IMG/VR virus record: IMGVR_UViG_2634166314_000001
Location: 3,311 to 67,310 of that record
Length of the DNA: 64,000 nucleotides
Reading direction: 5' to 3' (one strand)
Origin: a virus
Lineage: Duplodnaviria > Caudoviricetes
Shown here: positions 9,549 to 19,652 of the stretch, piece after piece
Layout: every line of letters begins with the position of its first letter
Numbering within the stretch: the stretch's first letter is position 1
Translations under genes and position numbers: made by a program
Notes under the pieces: model-generated
Seen by the model: the letters and a program-made list of their open reading frames with translations, nothing else
The model's database searches: none
What the model was told of the DNA's origin: nothing

Positions 9549-9799
9549 AAGGTAAATTCAACTGGTGGAATCTCGTACAGTTTTTCGGGGTTTTAATCGC
9601 ATTTAATGTCATTATCCGGATTTTATTCGGAATCTTAAACAATTTCAGAAAGCCTAGGCCACAACTGGAAATTAAACCAGATATTCAGCCTTCTGTTGAA
9701 GAAGAACGAAAAAGGATTTCCTTAACCTCAGAAGAATTGGACGAAATTGTCAAAAAAAGAGCCAATTCAATCATACAGGAATTGCCACTGGAAAGCTAA
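9545..9799 (+). CDS. small membrane protein
   Basis: N-terminal hydrophobic helix. Confidence 0.7.
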   Translation: MKGKFNWWNLVQFFGVLIAFNVIIRILFGILNNFRKPRPQLEIKPDIQPSVEEERKRISLTSEELDEIVKKRANSIIQELPLES

Positions 9800-9836
9800 A
9801 AAATTTGTTTAAGCTGCAATTATAAATTTCTATATC

Positions 9837-10073
9837 ATGCCGAATCCGAAGATACGCCCAAAAATGACTCTTAGCGAAATCGCTATCGAGTTTGGGTTTA
9901 CTACAAGAAACGGACCCCATGAAAGAGCGGATTTGAATTATCTGCTCTTTTCCCTTCAACCATACCGAAAGACCCTTATTACCAGATTTAAAACAGATGT
10001 TTGGGCATGGGGAAAACGGAAACCTCTCCCCTATACTGTTATTTGCTTCATTTTCAGCAAGTTTCAATCATAG
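9837..10073 (+). CDS. small HTH-like protein (possible late regulator)
   Basis: MTLSEIAIEFG; LPYTVICFIFSKF resembles DUF4248 C-terminus. Confidence 0.5.
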   Translation: MPNPKIRPKMTLSEIAIEFGFTTRNGPHERADLNYLLFSLQPYRKTLITRFKTDVWAWGKRKPLPYTVICFIFSKFQS

Positions 10074-10116
10074 TTTGTGCGTCACTCGTGCATTACTCGT
10101 GCATACTTCGTGCGTT
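10073..10116 (+). promoter_or_regulatory. Four 11-bp phased direct repeats upstream of structural operon
   Basis: GTGC at 10077, 10088, 10099, 10110. Confidence 0.6.
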
Positions 10117-10219
10117 TTACAGCCGCTTTAAGCCCGATTTAGAGCCAGATGATTTTTTATGTGCTTTATCATTGTGTCATAATTAAGCAGAAAAGCTTTT
10201 TTCACAAAATAGAAAAATT

Positions 10220-10753
10220 ATGTCACAGCATTTAAAATTAATTCTTTCCAATGCTACTGAGTCTTGTGTAGCTGTGTTGTTCCCAGGCGTAGCAAAAGAC
10301 ATTAACGGGCCGGGTAATTACATGTCAGATTCTGCATTCAAAGCGCATCCGGGGAATTTAGAGCTGACGGCAAAGGCCTTCTCTGGTAAGCAACAAATCA
10401 AAATTGATGATCTAATTACTTACTTGAATCAAGTTGGAAACTTCAATATTGAAAACATCTTAGTATTGGCAAACAACGGTGAAAATCAAAATCCTGTTGA
10501 AAGATTCGCTTTGACAGAGTTTAATCCTTTCAGCGATCCAGCTGAGGTTGAAATTGAGTTTGATTTGAAAACTGGTAAAACAGCTGAGGGTCGTTACTTT
10601 GACATGTATCAATTGAGAAATCCAATCGTTCTCAGTCCGCTTACAGTTTTGGCCGTGTGTCTGAAGGGAAGTAGCTCTGATATTGAAATTATTTTCAATT
10701 ATGGTGGTCAGGGTGATTTAGGGATTCCTGAGCAGGAAACACGCATTTTGTAG
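10220..10753 (+). CDS. candidate capsid protein (beta-rich, possibly single jelly-roll)
   Basis: First gene of a 3-gene unit closed by a strong terminator; alternating beta-strand pattern; no TM; fold is inferred. Confidence 0.4.
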   Translation: MSQHLKLILSNATESCVAVLFPGVAKDINGPGNYMSDSAFKAHPGNLELTAKAFSGKQQIKIDDLITYLNQVGNFNIENILVLANNGENQNPVERFALTEFNPFSDPAEVEIEFDLKTGKTAEGRYFDMYQLRNPIVLSPLTVLAVCLKGSSSDIEIIFNYGGQGDLGIPEQETRIL

Positions 10754-10788
10754 TAAGTATTAGAATTTACGCTTAAGCATATATAAGC

Positions 10789-11280
10789 ATGAGATTTTCA
10801 AGACAATATCAGCAACGTGAAGTTGTGTTGGCATACAATGCCGGGGTGAATGTTGGTGTTAAGCCTGCAATCGTATATTATAAAGGGTTGTACTTCATTG
10901 CCCTGTTTGATCCGGATGGAACACATGTTACTATTCTGGGAAAAGAAGGTGTTGTTTCGCGACTTGCCGGAACACCCCAAAAGTTGAATTTTATCAATTC
11001 TTTTGTTCAAAACGATGTGGACCAGTTGGCATTGGAAGCTACTGTTACCGGTATTCTAGGGGCGGGCATTGTAAATACAAGTGTTTTAATATCGACTCTG
11101 ACTGGGTTGCCACTTTCAACTGATGGCTACATTGAGCCTGTAACAACGGTTGATTTTGAAGTTGACTCAGAAAAACAAGCGTTAGTACTTCAACTTGGAA
11201 TTTATCAGTCAATTGTACAGGAAGCCGGATTAGGCGCAAAGGTTAAAGAAAAGCTTAACCGGATCATTGCCGCTTTATAG
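10789..11280 (+). CDS. putative virion structural protein
   Basis: Position in the same 3-gene unit. Confidence 0.5.
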   Translation: MRFSRQYQQREVVLAYNAGVNVGVKPAIVYYKGLYFIALFDPDGTHVTILGKEGVVSRLAGTPQKLNFINSFVQNDVDQLALEATVTGILGAGIVNTSVLISTLTGLPLSTDGYIEPVTTVDFEVDSEKQALVLQLGIYQSIVQEAGLGAKVKEKLNRIIAAL

Positions 11281-11340
11281 CGATCGATTAAAAATAAAAA
11301 AGTAGGGAAACCTCTCAAAATACTCTAAACTGTAATTAGA

Positions 11341-11880
11341 ATGGCAACTAAAATTATCAATCTGGCTCCGAAAGGTGCTATCACAAACGGGCAATCAATC
11401 GGGAGTATTGATTATACAGTTACTGACGTTTCAATCTGGGATTTTAAGCTCGCAACTGTAGGGTCGCGGATCGTACTGTTTGGCAAACACTCATCACAGA
11501 CGAGTTATACCCCATTCTCTAAGGAGACATTGGCCAATATCGCAGAAAGCGATCGTGGTGTGCTAAATGCTGTTCTTGTTAAATACGCTTTAGGTATGGC
11601 TGAATCTACAGGAATGAGCATGCCTTCGATTGACACAACTAAGCAAATTGGTGTGTACACCGATGGTTTGGGTCATTTCGCTGAAACGCCATATACTGAC
11701 GCTTCAAACACGGACACAATTAAAACTATCCTGCAAACAGTTGCAGATGGTACTTCCACTACTACTGGAACAGGAGCAGTGACCCAGGCAAAAAAATGGT
11801 ATCAAAAGCCTATCACATGGGTTCTAGGTGCAGTTGGTGCGGTGGTCGCATATGTACTTGTGAAAAAGTTCTGGAAATAG
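11341..11880 (+). CDS. putative virion membrane protein, C-terminal anchor
   Basis: Thr/Gly linker then WVLGAVGAVVAYVLVKKFWK. Confidence 0.65.
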   Translation: MATKIINLAPKGAITNGQSIGSIDYTVTDVSIWDFKLATVGSRIVLFGKHSSQTSYTPFSKETLANIAESDRGVLNAVLVKYALGMAESTGMSMPSIDTTKQIGVYTDGLGHFAETPYTDASNTDTIKTILQTVADGTSTTTGTGAVTQAKKWYQKPITWVLGAVGAVVAYVLVKKFWK

Positions 11881-11906
11881 CATATGTTTTACCTCTAAAT
11901 AGACAG

Positions 11907-11940
11907 GAGCCTGCTTACTCAGTGTAGGCAGGCTCTTTTT
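11907..11940 (+). terminator. Rho-independent terminator
   Basis: gagcctgcttac / gtaggcaggctc stem plus T5. Confidence 0.85.
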
Positions 11941-11948
11941 CTTAAGTC

Positions 11949-12635
11949 ATGATAACTATTGAAGCTGCAAATAAAAATCCACTGGTGGTCGCAAGTTCAA
12001 ACCTGACAGTTTGGGGAGAATATGTAAAAGACATAAATATCGCCAGATTGTCAAAAAGCTTGACAACAATTAAGACAGGTGGAAAGGTCGGTGTAATTGT
12101 AGCTACATACTATAGCGGAGATGGTAAACATTTTGCAAAAGTACAGTTAGTCAATCCTGTTTCGAAATTACTTACAAAATACACTCATGGATATGTTTAT
12201 CTGGCTGACGTAAATTTATTTGGTACTGCAGTATCCACTCCTGCTACTGGAAAAACTTATTGGTGTACTGGAAGCAAAGTAAATATTCGGAAGGGTTCTT
12301 CTGTAGCTTCAGCTGTTCTGGCAAAGTTAGATAAGGGTGATGTTATTGGAACTTCAGATGGTATTCTTTATGGACAGTTCTTAAAGTTCAACCTTGCTTT
12401 GGGCGGTGTAGGATATGTTTCAAACCAATATTGCACACTCAAATCGCCTGAGCTTCCCGTAGTAACTCAGCCATTAACCGTCAAGGATTCGACATCAGGG
12501 AAAGAAACAACTGTTCAGATTCCGGTTGTTCAGCCCATAGAGGGATCAATAGACTGGTTGAGACTCGGAGTTAGTATTGTTGCGAGCTTTATCGGTGGAA
12601 TTATTCTAAGAAAAATCTTTAAAAAGAAAGCATGA
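11949..12635 (+). CDS. SH3b-domain protein with C-terminal membrane anchor
   Basis: VNIRKGSS...LAKLDKGD...GYVSNQY SH3b pattern; terminal TM plus KKKA. Confidence 0.75.
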   Translation: MITIEAANKNPLVVASSNLTVWGEYVKDINIARLSKSLTTIKTGGKVGVIVATYYSGDGKHFAKVQLVNPVSKLLTKYTHGYVYLADVNLFGTAVSTPATGKTYWCTGSKVNIRKGSSVASAVLAKLDKGDVIGTSDGILYGQFLKFNLALGGVGYVSNQYCTLKSPELPVVTQPLTVKDSTSGKETTVQIPVVQPIEGSIDWLRLGVSIVASFIGGIILRKIFKKKA

Positions 12636-12698
12636 AAGTTCTAAGTACCATATGGGGCGTAATGATGAAAATATTTTCATCTAAAATATTCTGGTATG
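12632..12698 (+). pseudogene. 5' part of membrane-protein gene interrupted by the Mu-like prophage
   Basis: ATGA overlap start; MKVLSTIWGVMMKIFSSKIFWY joins in frame to AAAAITGYLLLKK at 49612. Confidence 0.85.
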
Positions 12699-12726
12699 AT
12701 TAAATTACAATTCGAGATATTAAAAT
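12699..12726 (+). repeat. Left terminal inverted repeat of Mu-like prophage
   Basis: attaaattacaattcgagatattaaaat matches reverse complement of 49581-49608 at 21/28, including 14 contiguous bases. Confidence 0.85.
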
Positions 12727-12911
12727 CTGTAATTCAATATATTAAAATTACAAACGCTCAAAGATACATTTCTCCGAGCGTTTTAAATATGTTTTAAAGC
12801 CTTTTTAAAAACAAAATGCCGTTTAGAATTGAGCTTTTATATAAGGCTAATTGAAGCTATTTTTGACAATATTAATCAAAGATAATTTGATTAATGGTAG
12901 AAAAGTTGACG

Positions 12912-12942
12912 AAATCCTGCCTTGTTAGAGACAGGATTTTTT
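12912..12942 (+). terminator. hairpin/terminator near left end of Mu-like prophage
   Basis: aaatcctg...caggattt followed by T run on + strand. Confidence 0.55.
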
Positions 12943-13036
12943 GTTTTGTATAGTTTTGATTTATCTTTACAATCATAATAGGTGTAGAACTTTATTATTA
13001 ATTCCATTTAGCTTTTAGCTTTATGGAATTTTTGTT

Positions 13037-13288
13037 TCAAAACCAAATATTTTCTGGCGTTTCTGGGTCTGGGGCTATACTTAACGCAATAAGACTATCT
13101 GAAAGGTATATATCCTCATTTAATAGCCGAATATTAGCATGCCAACCCTCCGTTTGGCCTATCTCTCCAACGATATTAAGGCAATAATCAAGGGTGTAGC
13201 ATATATATCCTTCATCGCCTATCATTCCGTTTTCTAATAGACAGTCGTCTAACTCCTGTCTATTTTGTGCCTTAATAAATATATCCAT
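13037..13288 (-). CDS. small acidic protein following fibre gene
   Basis: GWHANIRL motif; last gene of tail operon. Confidence 0.65.
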   Translation of the reverse strand: MDIFIKAQNRQELDDCLLENGMIGDEGYICYTLDYCLNIVGEIGQTEGWHANIRLLNEDIYLSDSLIALSIAPDPETPENIWF

Positions 13289-13290
13289 TT

Positions 13291-15105
13291 TTATAAATTC
13301 TTAAGTGTGTTGTCTGCTAATTGTCCGTTATAAACTCTAAACGACTTTATCCAGCCATTCAGGAATTCAATTGCGCCAGTCCTGCTTCCTAGCGTAAAAT
13401 CTATGATATTCGCAGGCAAGGCCGCAACTGGATTATTAAGGGGCGTTCCGTTATCTGCGACGAAAGTAAATCCAGAAGCTCCGTATGAACCAGCGATTTT
13501 ATACGGCGTCTTAGGCAATATGCCCGTAACTGATTGCACTGAGGTAATAGAGTTAGCAACAATAGTCGCAAACTCTTTACTACCACTGAAATTATTTGCA
13601 CGCATATAAACCCTGTTATTAGAAGTGTTGTCACTAGCGAAAAACAGTGCATATCCTACTCCGGAATCAACATAGCTTAGTTGATATTCTGCTACAACTG
13701 AGGCGGCGTTTTTATTCCACCAAGAGCCTACAGGTATGTTGATTAAATCGGCTGCCCTTGTAGCAGTTGCAATACGTGTGTAAATATAACTTGAGGGAAC
13801 TTTGCCAGCCTCAAACTGACTCCCACAGACATAGTAATAGCCGTTATTAACTCTCGTTCCGCTCCCGTCTGCCGTCGCGGAAACAATTGTAACTTTCCAG
13901 TTTGTGTACGAACCGCCCATATTCGCGGCAAAACCTACCCGCATCCAACTATCTTGCTGTTTGTCGAGAAACGCGCCTGAAATATTAACACCTGATGTTA
14001 CACTTGACGAACCAACCGTACCCGTGTTTATGTTGTACCAAACTGCCGCCCTGGCAGTTCCCGTATTGTCTTGAATAAGAAATCTTATCCAGTCGAAGTT
14101 CCCTCTTCTGATAAAATGAGAAGCACAGTAGTAGTTGTTGGCCGTAACCGTAAGGTTTGTTTGTTCGATAAAAGCACCGCCCGAAGAGTCTTCCACAATC
14201 TTAGTTGCCTCTCCTGAAAAATTACCAACTCCGTTGACTTCTGCTGTAAAACCGACGGAAGTAATGCCAGTTTTTGCCCATGACGAGCCGGAATACTCCT
14301 GACTTTGAAGTAGCAAATTGGTCGCAGACCCTTCGACCTTGATGCCTCTAAATGCAAGGGATTGGGGGTCGTATTCGTATCTTGGTGCATAATATTGCGC
14401 TGTGGTCGTTTTTGTGTATGTCAATAATCCGCCTTGATTTGCCGACATACCTGTAATTCTAATTCCACTAACACCGTCGCCCGTATAAGCTGCGACACGA
14501 ACGTTCCAGGTGTACGGGCATGTGCAAAAAAAGGCACTTGCTGAACCGGACGCCACACATTTTATACTGACAGAGCACAAGTACCAGCCGCCTCCTATTG
14601 ATAAAACAGCAGGCGATGAACTTCCCGACGAAGCGGGAATAACTCCTGTTCTTAAATCAAAAACCGCCCAGTCATTCCCGCCAAAAACGGCGGCATTAGA
14701 CCCGATATAAAGCGCACGCCCAGCGTCTTGCGCTAAGCACGAAAAAGTGTAAGTTCTTGCAGGGATACACTCGCCGACAGACTGCGAGATGCGATGTTCG
14801 TTGTTGCTGGCGTCTTCTATGAGCGACCATGCAGCACCAACGCCAGTCGGAATACTTGTATTGTAGGAAGTGATTGAGCCTGCATTCTTAGCCCAGGCAG
14901 CATTACTAAGGTCTTCTGACCACGTAAATACATTTTCCTGACTTGCAACGAGTCTACCAGTCGAATTGAAATACATCGCCCTAGATGGGCGAGTGTAGTT
15001 AATAGTGACGCTCTGGGCATTAGACAAACTCTGAGAAACAGAGAAGTCTAAGCCGAGCGTTAAAGCCATATTTTGGGCTTGTCCAGCCCCTAACAAACTT
15101 AACAT
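13291..15105 (-). CDS. phage fibre/spike protein with repeated carbohydrate-binding-like beta-sandwich domains
   Basis: TRPSRAMYF...G.L, repeated N(V/L)xxxSE/Q..S..W.K units, SSYIYT..ATATRAAD, LamG-like end LNGWIKSFRVYN. Confidence 0.7.
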   Translation of the reverse strand: MLSLLGAGQAQNMALTLGLDFSVSQSLSNAQSVTINYTRPSRAMYFNSTGRLVASQENVFTWSEDLSNAAWAKNAGSITSYNTSIPTGVGAAWSLIEDASNNEHRISQSVGECIPARTYTFSCLAQDAGRALYIGSNAAVFGGNDWAVFDLRTGVIPASSGSSSPAVLSIGGGWYLCSVSIKCVASGSASAFFCTCPYTWNVRVAAYTGDGVSGIRITGMSANQGGLLTYTKTTTAQYYAPRYEYDPQSLAFRGIKVEGSATNLLLQSQEYSGSSWAKTGITSVGFTAEVNGVGNFSGEATKIVEDSSGGAFIEQTNLTVTANNYYCASHFIRRGNFDWIRFLIQDNTGTARAAVWYNINTGTVGSSSVTSGVNISGAFLDKQQDSWMRVGFAANMGGSYTNWKVTIVSATADGSGTRVNNGYYYVCGSQFEAGKVPSSYIYTRIATATRAADLINIPVGSWWNKNAASVVAEYQLSYVDSGVGYALFFASDNTSNNRVYMRANNFSGSKEFATIVANSITSVQSVTGILPKTPYKIAGSYGASGFTFVADNGTPLNNPVAALPANIIDFTLGSRTGAIEFLNGWIKSFRVYNGQLADNTLKNL

Positions 15106-15115
15106 ACCTTTGTCA

Positions 15116-15667
15116 TTAAAGCACTATGCCATTTACATATATTTCCCCCGCTGGAACAGCGTCTAAAACGTTGTCCGCTCCTGATGCTGTGATTGCAACC
15201 CAGATTGTTTGACTGACCTCTGCCGGGATAGACAAGGGAATCGAAACCCCCGCCCCTTGTGTATTTGCAGGAATCGGAAAGGTAAAAAAAGGAACATCCG
15301 TGGTTAGTGGGATAGTTGCTTTTGACCAAAACTTAAGAAATCGCACTACACTGCCTAGGCTTATAGCTGACATTGAACTAAGCTTTTTGAGCGTAGCATT
15401 AACCTGAGTCGGGGTGTTTGAAGTTGCCGAGGAAATTAACTTCCACGGCGTGCCTCCTTTTATTGTAACAGGTAGCCCCCCGCTAACTTGCGCCGGAAAC
15501 TTGGTGTCTATAGACGACAGTGAAGCATTAGCCGCCGTTTGTCCTGCCGCAGAAGTCGGTACGATAGGATTTCCGTCTACGTCGACAAGGAATACAGCCG
15601 GGGCACTAAACGCCCCGACTTTGGTTATAATTGCACCAGAACCATTTGAACTAACTGTACCTGCCAT
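15116..15667 (-). CDS. putative virion structural/fibre-associated protein
   Basis: Small-residue-rich ORF in tail operon. Confidence 0.6.
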   Translation of the reverse strand: MAGTVSSNGSGAIITKVGAFSAPAVFLVDVDGNPIVPTSAAGQTAANASLSSIDTKFPAQVSGGLPVTIKGGTPWKLISSATSNTPTQVNATLKKLSSMSAISLGSVVRFLKFWSKATIPLTTDVPFFTFPIPANTQGAGVSIPLSIPAEVSQTIWVAITASGADNVLDAVPAGEIYVNGIVL

Positions 15668-15669
15668 GT

Positions 15670-18639
15670 TTAAATATCGTTTAATTTGAATATATATAAC
15701 TCGTTAACGCCCGCCCGAACGTCTATCTGACGCTGCCAATTGTAGCCATTTTGGTCGTATTTTACTATAACAGAGCTTTGTTCAACGCCGTAAGGCTGAA
15801 CCGCATAGATTGCAATTAAGTTTTTCGGCCTATTGACAATAGCACGCACGGCGGTTTTTTGGTTAATCTGCCACTCAGGAGCTTTATACTGAACAAATGT
15901 GCTTCCTGAATCGTAGCTAACTTTAGTATTCCATCTTAGGAACTCTGTATTAGCGTCTAACAAATCGGATATTCCGTACAGACTACTAGCGATGGTTGTT
16001 TTTGCAGCGAAAAATCTGTAAAACGCTTTTAAAATGTAATTAAAACCCGACATGTCTTTAACTAGATTTGACAAGGTTGCTCCGTCTTTTGCGACCGGGT
16101 TGATGTCAGGGGCTGGGTCGTGCCACAGGTTTATCCATGCGCCCGTAAATAACGTCAATAATACCTGCCCCTCTGCAATTAACGCAGGCACAGGCTCTAT
16201 AAATCCTGCGCGATAACGGTCTATTGTTACATCCTCGTAGTTTGATGCTCCATTCTCCCCGTAGTTTTTGTAACCTGTTCCACCCAGGTTCATATAGGAA
16301 ATCTCGTGTACAACTGGATTGCTTTTACCGTCCTGCAATAGCTGATAAAATTGAACTTCCGGATTTCCACAGGCCTGAGTAGCCCAATGGCCGCCGTTAG
16401 GATTTGTTCCGTAGTGCGTAACAGCTGGCAGATTGTTGCCTTTTTTATTCTTAATAATACTACCCTCTGGCAAGAAGGTTTCATATTCAAAATACGTTTC
16501 AGTGAAGGCCGAAACCCTTGCCAAATCCGCCACCTTTTGCCCAACAAATGCAGACGGCATTTTTTTGGCTGTCAAATTGGATGTACTTTGGACTGGCTGA
16601 TACCAAAGTGCATTTCGCCCCGCATTCGTATAGTGGTTCAAATTTGGTCTGCCAAACGTAAAGACAGGACAGGTTGGGTACATTGTATTAACCCAGCAGT
16701 TTGACGTACTCGCCTGCATTAAATAGTATAGCCAGCCGTAATGTCTTGCCCGGAACTCTAAATCGTCAAGGCCATTTGTGAAACCACCCCAATTTTCCAT
16801 GTCCAGCAAAATAGTTTTTGCATTTAATAGATAGTTTGGCGTAGCCGGGTCGCCAAATCCGTAACCTTTCGCTCCGAAGCCTTGCAAAATAGCTTGTTGG
16901 TAACTGCTATTGCCATTATCTTCAAAGTAATCTAAAGTGTGGTCTCCCGCATCTATATGTAGATTAAACGGAGCGGAGTTCATCCAGCCAGTACCAGTCC
17001 AAAACGACCGTCTGAAGAATGGTAGCGTACTGACATACGCAGGATTTGCGTGCGGGTAAGACCCGTCAAATTCGCTTGGTTGCACACAGGCCGAGACAGT
17101 CGGCGTAGAAAATCCACGCTTGTATAGCTTATCTAAACCAAACTGATTCCTGCCGCCCGTACAGAATATAATTTGAAAAAACGGCTCTCCGGCTGTGTTA
17201 TTCGGTATATTAAAATCCGGAACAGCGTCTACAAGAATCTGATTGTATTGTGGCGAGTCTGTGACTACTGTATTTACAATTCTGAACGCCTCCGTAGAAG
17301 TTCCGCCACCTGAATCCGGGGCAGTTGGAATTACCGGATTTGCGACGGCTTCAATTGACTGAATTTTAGAAATAACCAACTGTCCTATGACTTGGTTTCC
17401 GGCATAATTCGGGTGAACCCCGTCGAACCTTGCAGCCCCTGAAATGTCTACGGAATGGTTATACGGGTTCTCTGAAACAATCGTATCAATTGTGGCATTA
17501 AAATACCCAAAATCTGCCCACGGGCGACAGATAATAATATGTGTTGATAAACCGAGTTTTGCACGAACACGACCTAATAAATTGGTCAGCCTGTCGTAAT
17601 AAATTGATGGCGTAACCCCGATTGCTTCGTGGTTTGCTGAATCGTTTACGGCAAGCTCTACAACTACATAAGGAGTAAAGGTTCTTCCAGCCGCAGCAAT
17701 AGCCGCCTTCATTGCATCAATGCGCTGTAGCATTGTATCCGCGTAGCCCAACCCGGCTGTAAATTGACCTACAAACGCACCTCCCTGAGCTATTTTCAAA
17801 AGATACGCGTCGTTCTGGTCAAACACATTATTCTCTATCGCTTTTGCGATATATAATTCTATTCCGTGTGTGTTTGCGATTGATTCGTTATCCGCCAAAT
17901 CGCTATTTACACCGATGCTTAGATTCTCTACAACCATTGTATTATTGTTGAGAATCTTGATGCGATTATAGGCGCGAATGTCACCAGTCGGAGCGCCAGA
18001 GTTGGCCGCACGGCCGCCCATGATACTGCTACCTAATAATACAAATAGACGGCGGTTATTAGTTTGCCCACTCGAATCAGGAGTCGGCGCAATTACTGAG
18101 CCAGCACCGTCTAAAATGTGCTTAAACTTGATTTCTGAGGTCGTGTCTGTTGTATGGGAACAACCAAAAACACCATGCCAGTAGTCAGTTCCGAACCCCG
18201 AAAAGAAGTTCTGTACCTCGTGTAACAATACCCACGCAATTGCGGTTGTAGTTGGCGAATCTGTACTGTAATACAATTTAACAGAAAGCCCTGTTTTTTG
18301 AACACGCAACCACACCGGAACGGCTTTTCCGTCTACAGATTTAAGTTGCTGAACCTGTCCGTTTGATGCTTTTGAAAGCACGACGATAGAGCCATTGGGC
18401 ACTATACAAATCCAGATTGCGGCATGCGCTGCAACCGACGGCATTCCGTTATGGATTAAGCAGCCAGCCTTAGCGAAACTGTTAGTGTTTTGCTGGCTTT
18501 CGACAAGGCAAACTTGGTCTATATCCACGTTGCTTTCTTTCTTGCAATACCAATTGTATTGTGTCTGGTCTTGCCAAATATCTGCGCCTTTTCCAAATAA
18601 TTGAAGGTCTCCGTTTCCGTTATATGAGTAATTAGCCAT
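15670..18639 (-). CDS. large tail spike/receptor-binding protein with SGNH (sialate O-acetylesterase-like) domain
   Basis: LLGSSIMGG, AQGG, AVND and DGVHP blocks between an N-terminal lectin-like domain and a large C-terminal domain. Confidence 0.7.
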   Translation of the reverse strand: MANYSYNGNGDLQLFGKGADIWQDQTQYNWYCKKESNVDIDQVCLVESQQNTNSFAKAGCLIHNGMPSVAAHAAIWICIVPNGSIVVLSKASNGQVQQLKSVDGKAVPVWLRVQKTGLSVKLYYSTDSPTTTAIAWVLLHEVQNFFSGFGTDYWHGVFGCSHTTDTTSEIKFKHILDGAGSVIAPTPDSSGQTNNRRLFVLLGSSIMGGRAANSGAPTGDIRAYNRIKILNNNTMVVENLSIGVNSDLADNESIANTHGIELYIAKAIENNVFDQNDAYLLKIAQGGAFVGQFTAGLGYADTMLQRIDAMKAAIAAAGRTFTPYVVVELAVNDSANHEAIGVTPSIYYDRLTNLLGRVRAKLGLSTHIIICRPWADFGYFNATIDTIVSENPYNHSVDISGAARFDGVHPNYAGNQVIGQLVISKIQSIEAVANPVIPTAPDSGGGTSTEAFRIVNTVVTDSPQYNQILVDAVPDFNIPNNTAGEPFFQIIFCTGGRNQFGLDKLYKRGFSTPTVSACVQPSEFDGSYPHANPAYVSTLPFFRRSFWTGTGWMNSAPFNLHIDAGDHTLDYFEDNGNSSYQQAILQGFGAKGYGFGDPATPNYLLNAKTILLDMENWGGFTNGLDDLEFRARHYGWLYYLMQASTSNCWVNTMYPTCPVFTFGRPNLNHYTNAGRNALWYQPVQSTSNLTAKKMPSAFVGQKVADLARVSAFTETYFEYETFLPEGSIIKNKKGNNLPAVTHYGTNPNGGHWATQACGNPEVQFYQLLQDGKSNPVVHEISYMNLGGTGYKNYGENGASNYEDVTIDRYRAGFIEPVPALIAEGQVLLTLFTGAWINLWHDPAPDINPVAKDGATLSNLVKDMSGFNYILKAFYRFFAAKTTIASSLYGISDLLDANTEFLRWNTKVSYDSGSTFVQYKAPEWQINQKTAVRAIVNRPKNLIAIYAVQPYGVEQSSVIVKYDQNGYNWQRQIDVRAGVNELYIFKLNDI

Positions 18640-18640
18640 C

Positions 18641-19651
18641 TTACAAGTTAGGAACTGTTACGTATGTTGTTGAGAAATAAAATGTATTGGTAGGGGCATA
18701 AAATGCCCTTAACTGAAACTGTCCTGTTTGTCGGTGAAAGTCTGTCACGGGGAAGCTATTGGAGTCTGTAAATCCCCCCGCTGACACCTTAAAACTAAGT
18801 ACATAATTGTCGGGGTTAACATAATTTACTGTTGCGTATGTAACATCCCCGAGCTTCGCAAACGTAACACTTGTAATCCGTGCAGTGCTGTCATAAGAAA
18901 TCTGCACATCTCCGCCAGTTTCACCGTATGTCCAGCCCGCTGACTCGTCCACGACCGGAACACTTGCGCCGTATCCAGTTTCGCCGTATGTCCATCCCGT
19001 CGGGTTCGTTCCGGCCGTTGGGATAGTTAAGCTAATCGAACGAGCAGCAATAAGTACACCTGTATTGCTTAGCTCTGACACATAGAAAATATAAGTCTGA
19101 CCAGGAACTACATTAAACGCATTGTTACTTTGTTCGTCACCCTGATTCTTTCTATAAGAAAGTTGCTTGCTTGCTGGATTATTAACAACAACAGTCGCAA
19201 TCATAGTCCCGGAAACTTCCTGCAAATCAACGCGTGTAATGCTCCATGTGACTTGTACGGGGATGTATTTATTTACATCGTCCCGGATTACCGCCATATA
19301 CTTACTTCCGATACAGAAGTGAGAGAGAAACTCTCTAATGGCAAGTTCTGTTAGCTTACTGGTGTCGGTCGGAATAATTACAGCAACAGTAACAAGTCCT
19401 GAATAAATCTCCTTTAATGGGTCGTCGAAAGCAATCTGTACATTAAAGTACTTTTTAATTGCTGCCGCTAAGCTTCCTTCTTGCGGTGTTACCCGTAAGC
19501 GTTCTTCTTGCTTTGCCAGTTCGGAAATTGCATTATTATTAATCGCTGCAATATCCGTAAACAAGCTTGATATAAAATTTATGTTTACTGAATTTCGGTT
19601 GTCTTCCGGGAGCAGAAATTCAATAAGTTTTGCCAAATTAAATGATACCAT
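18641..19651 (-). CDS. baseplate wedge/tail fibre attachment protein
   Basis: Follows baseplate J-like gene; internal repeat GWTYGETG x2. Confidence 0.55.
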   Translation of the reverse strand: MVSFNLAKLIEFLLPEDNRNSVNINFISSLFTDIAAINNNAISELAKQEERLRVTPQEGSLAAAIKKYFNVQIAFDDPLKEIYSGLVTVAVIIPTDTSKLTELAIREFLSHFCIGSKYMAVIRDDVNKYIPVQVTWSITRVDLQEVSGTMIATVVVNNPASKQLSYRKNQGDEQSNNAFNVVPGQTYIFYVSELSNTGVLIAARSISLTIPTAGTNPTGWTYGETGYGASVPVVDESAGWTYGETGGDVQISYDSTARITSVTFAKLGDVTYATVNYVNPDNYVLSFKVSAGGFTDSNSFPVTDFHRQTGQFQLRAFYAPTNTFYFSTTYVTVPNL

Positions 19652-19652
19652 T

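Larger units (their letters stand above)
1..12698 (+). mobile_element. Left part of outer prophage (putative tailless membrane-containing virus): replication/modification module and start of virion module; left end outside window
   Basis: Co-oriented phage-like genes including HUH Rep, FtsK/HerA-type ATPase and membrane-anchored proteins; gene at 12632 continues in frame at 49613. Confidence 0.75.

Noticed and set aside
10073-10116. Short repeats as a mini CRISPR array
   Set aside because: 11-bp tandem units with no spacers and no cas genes in the window.
13291-19651. Gin-type invertible fibre segment or diversity-generating retroelement in the Mu-like tail region
   Set aside because: No serine invertase, reverse transcriptase or TR/VR repeat pair was seen.
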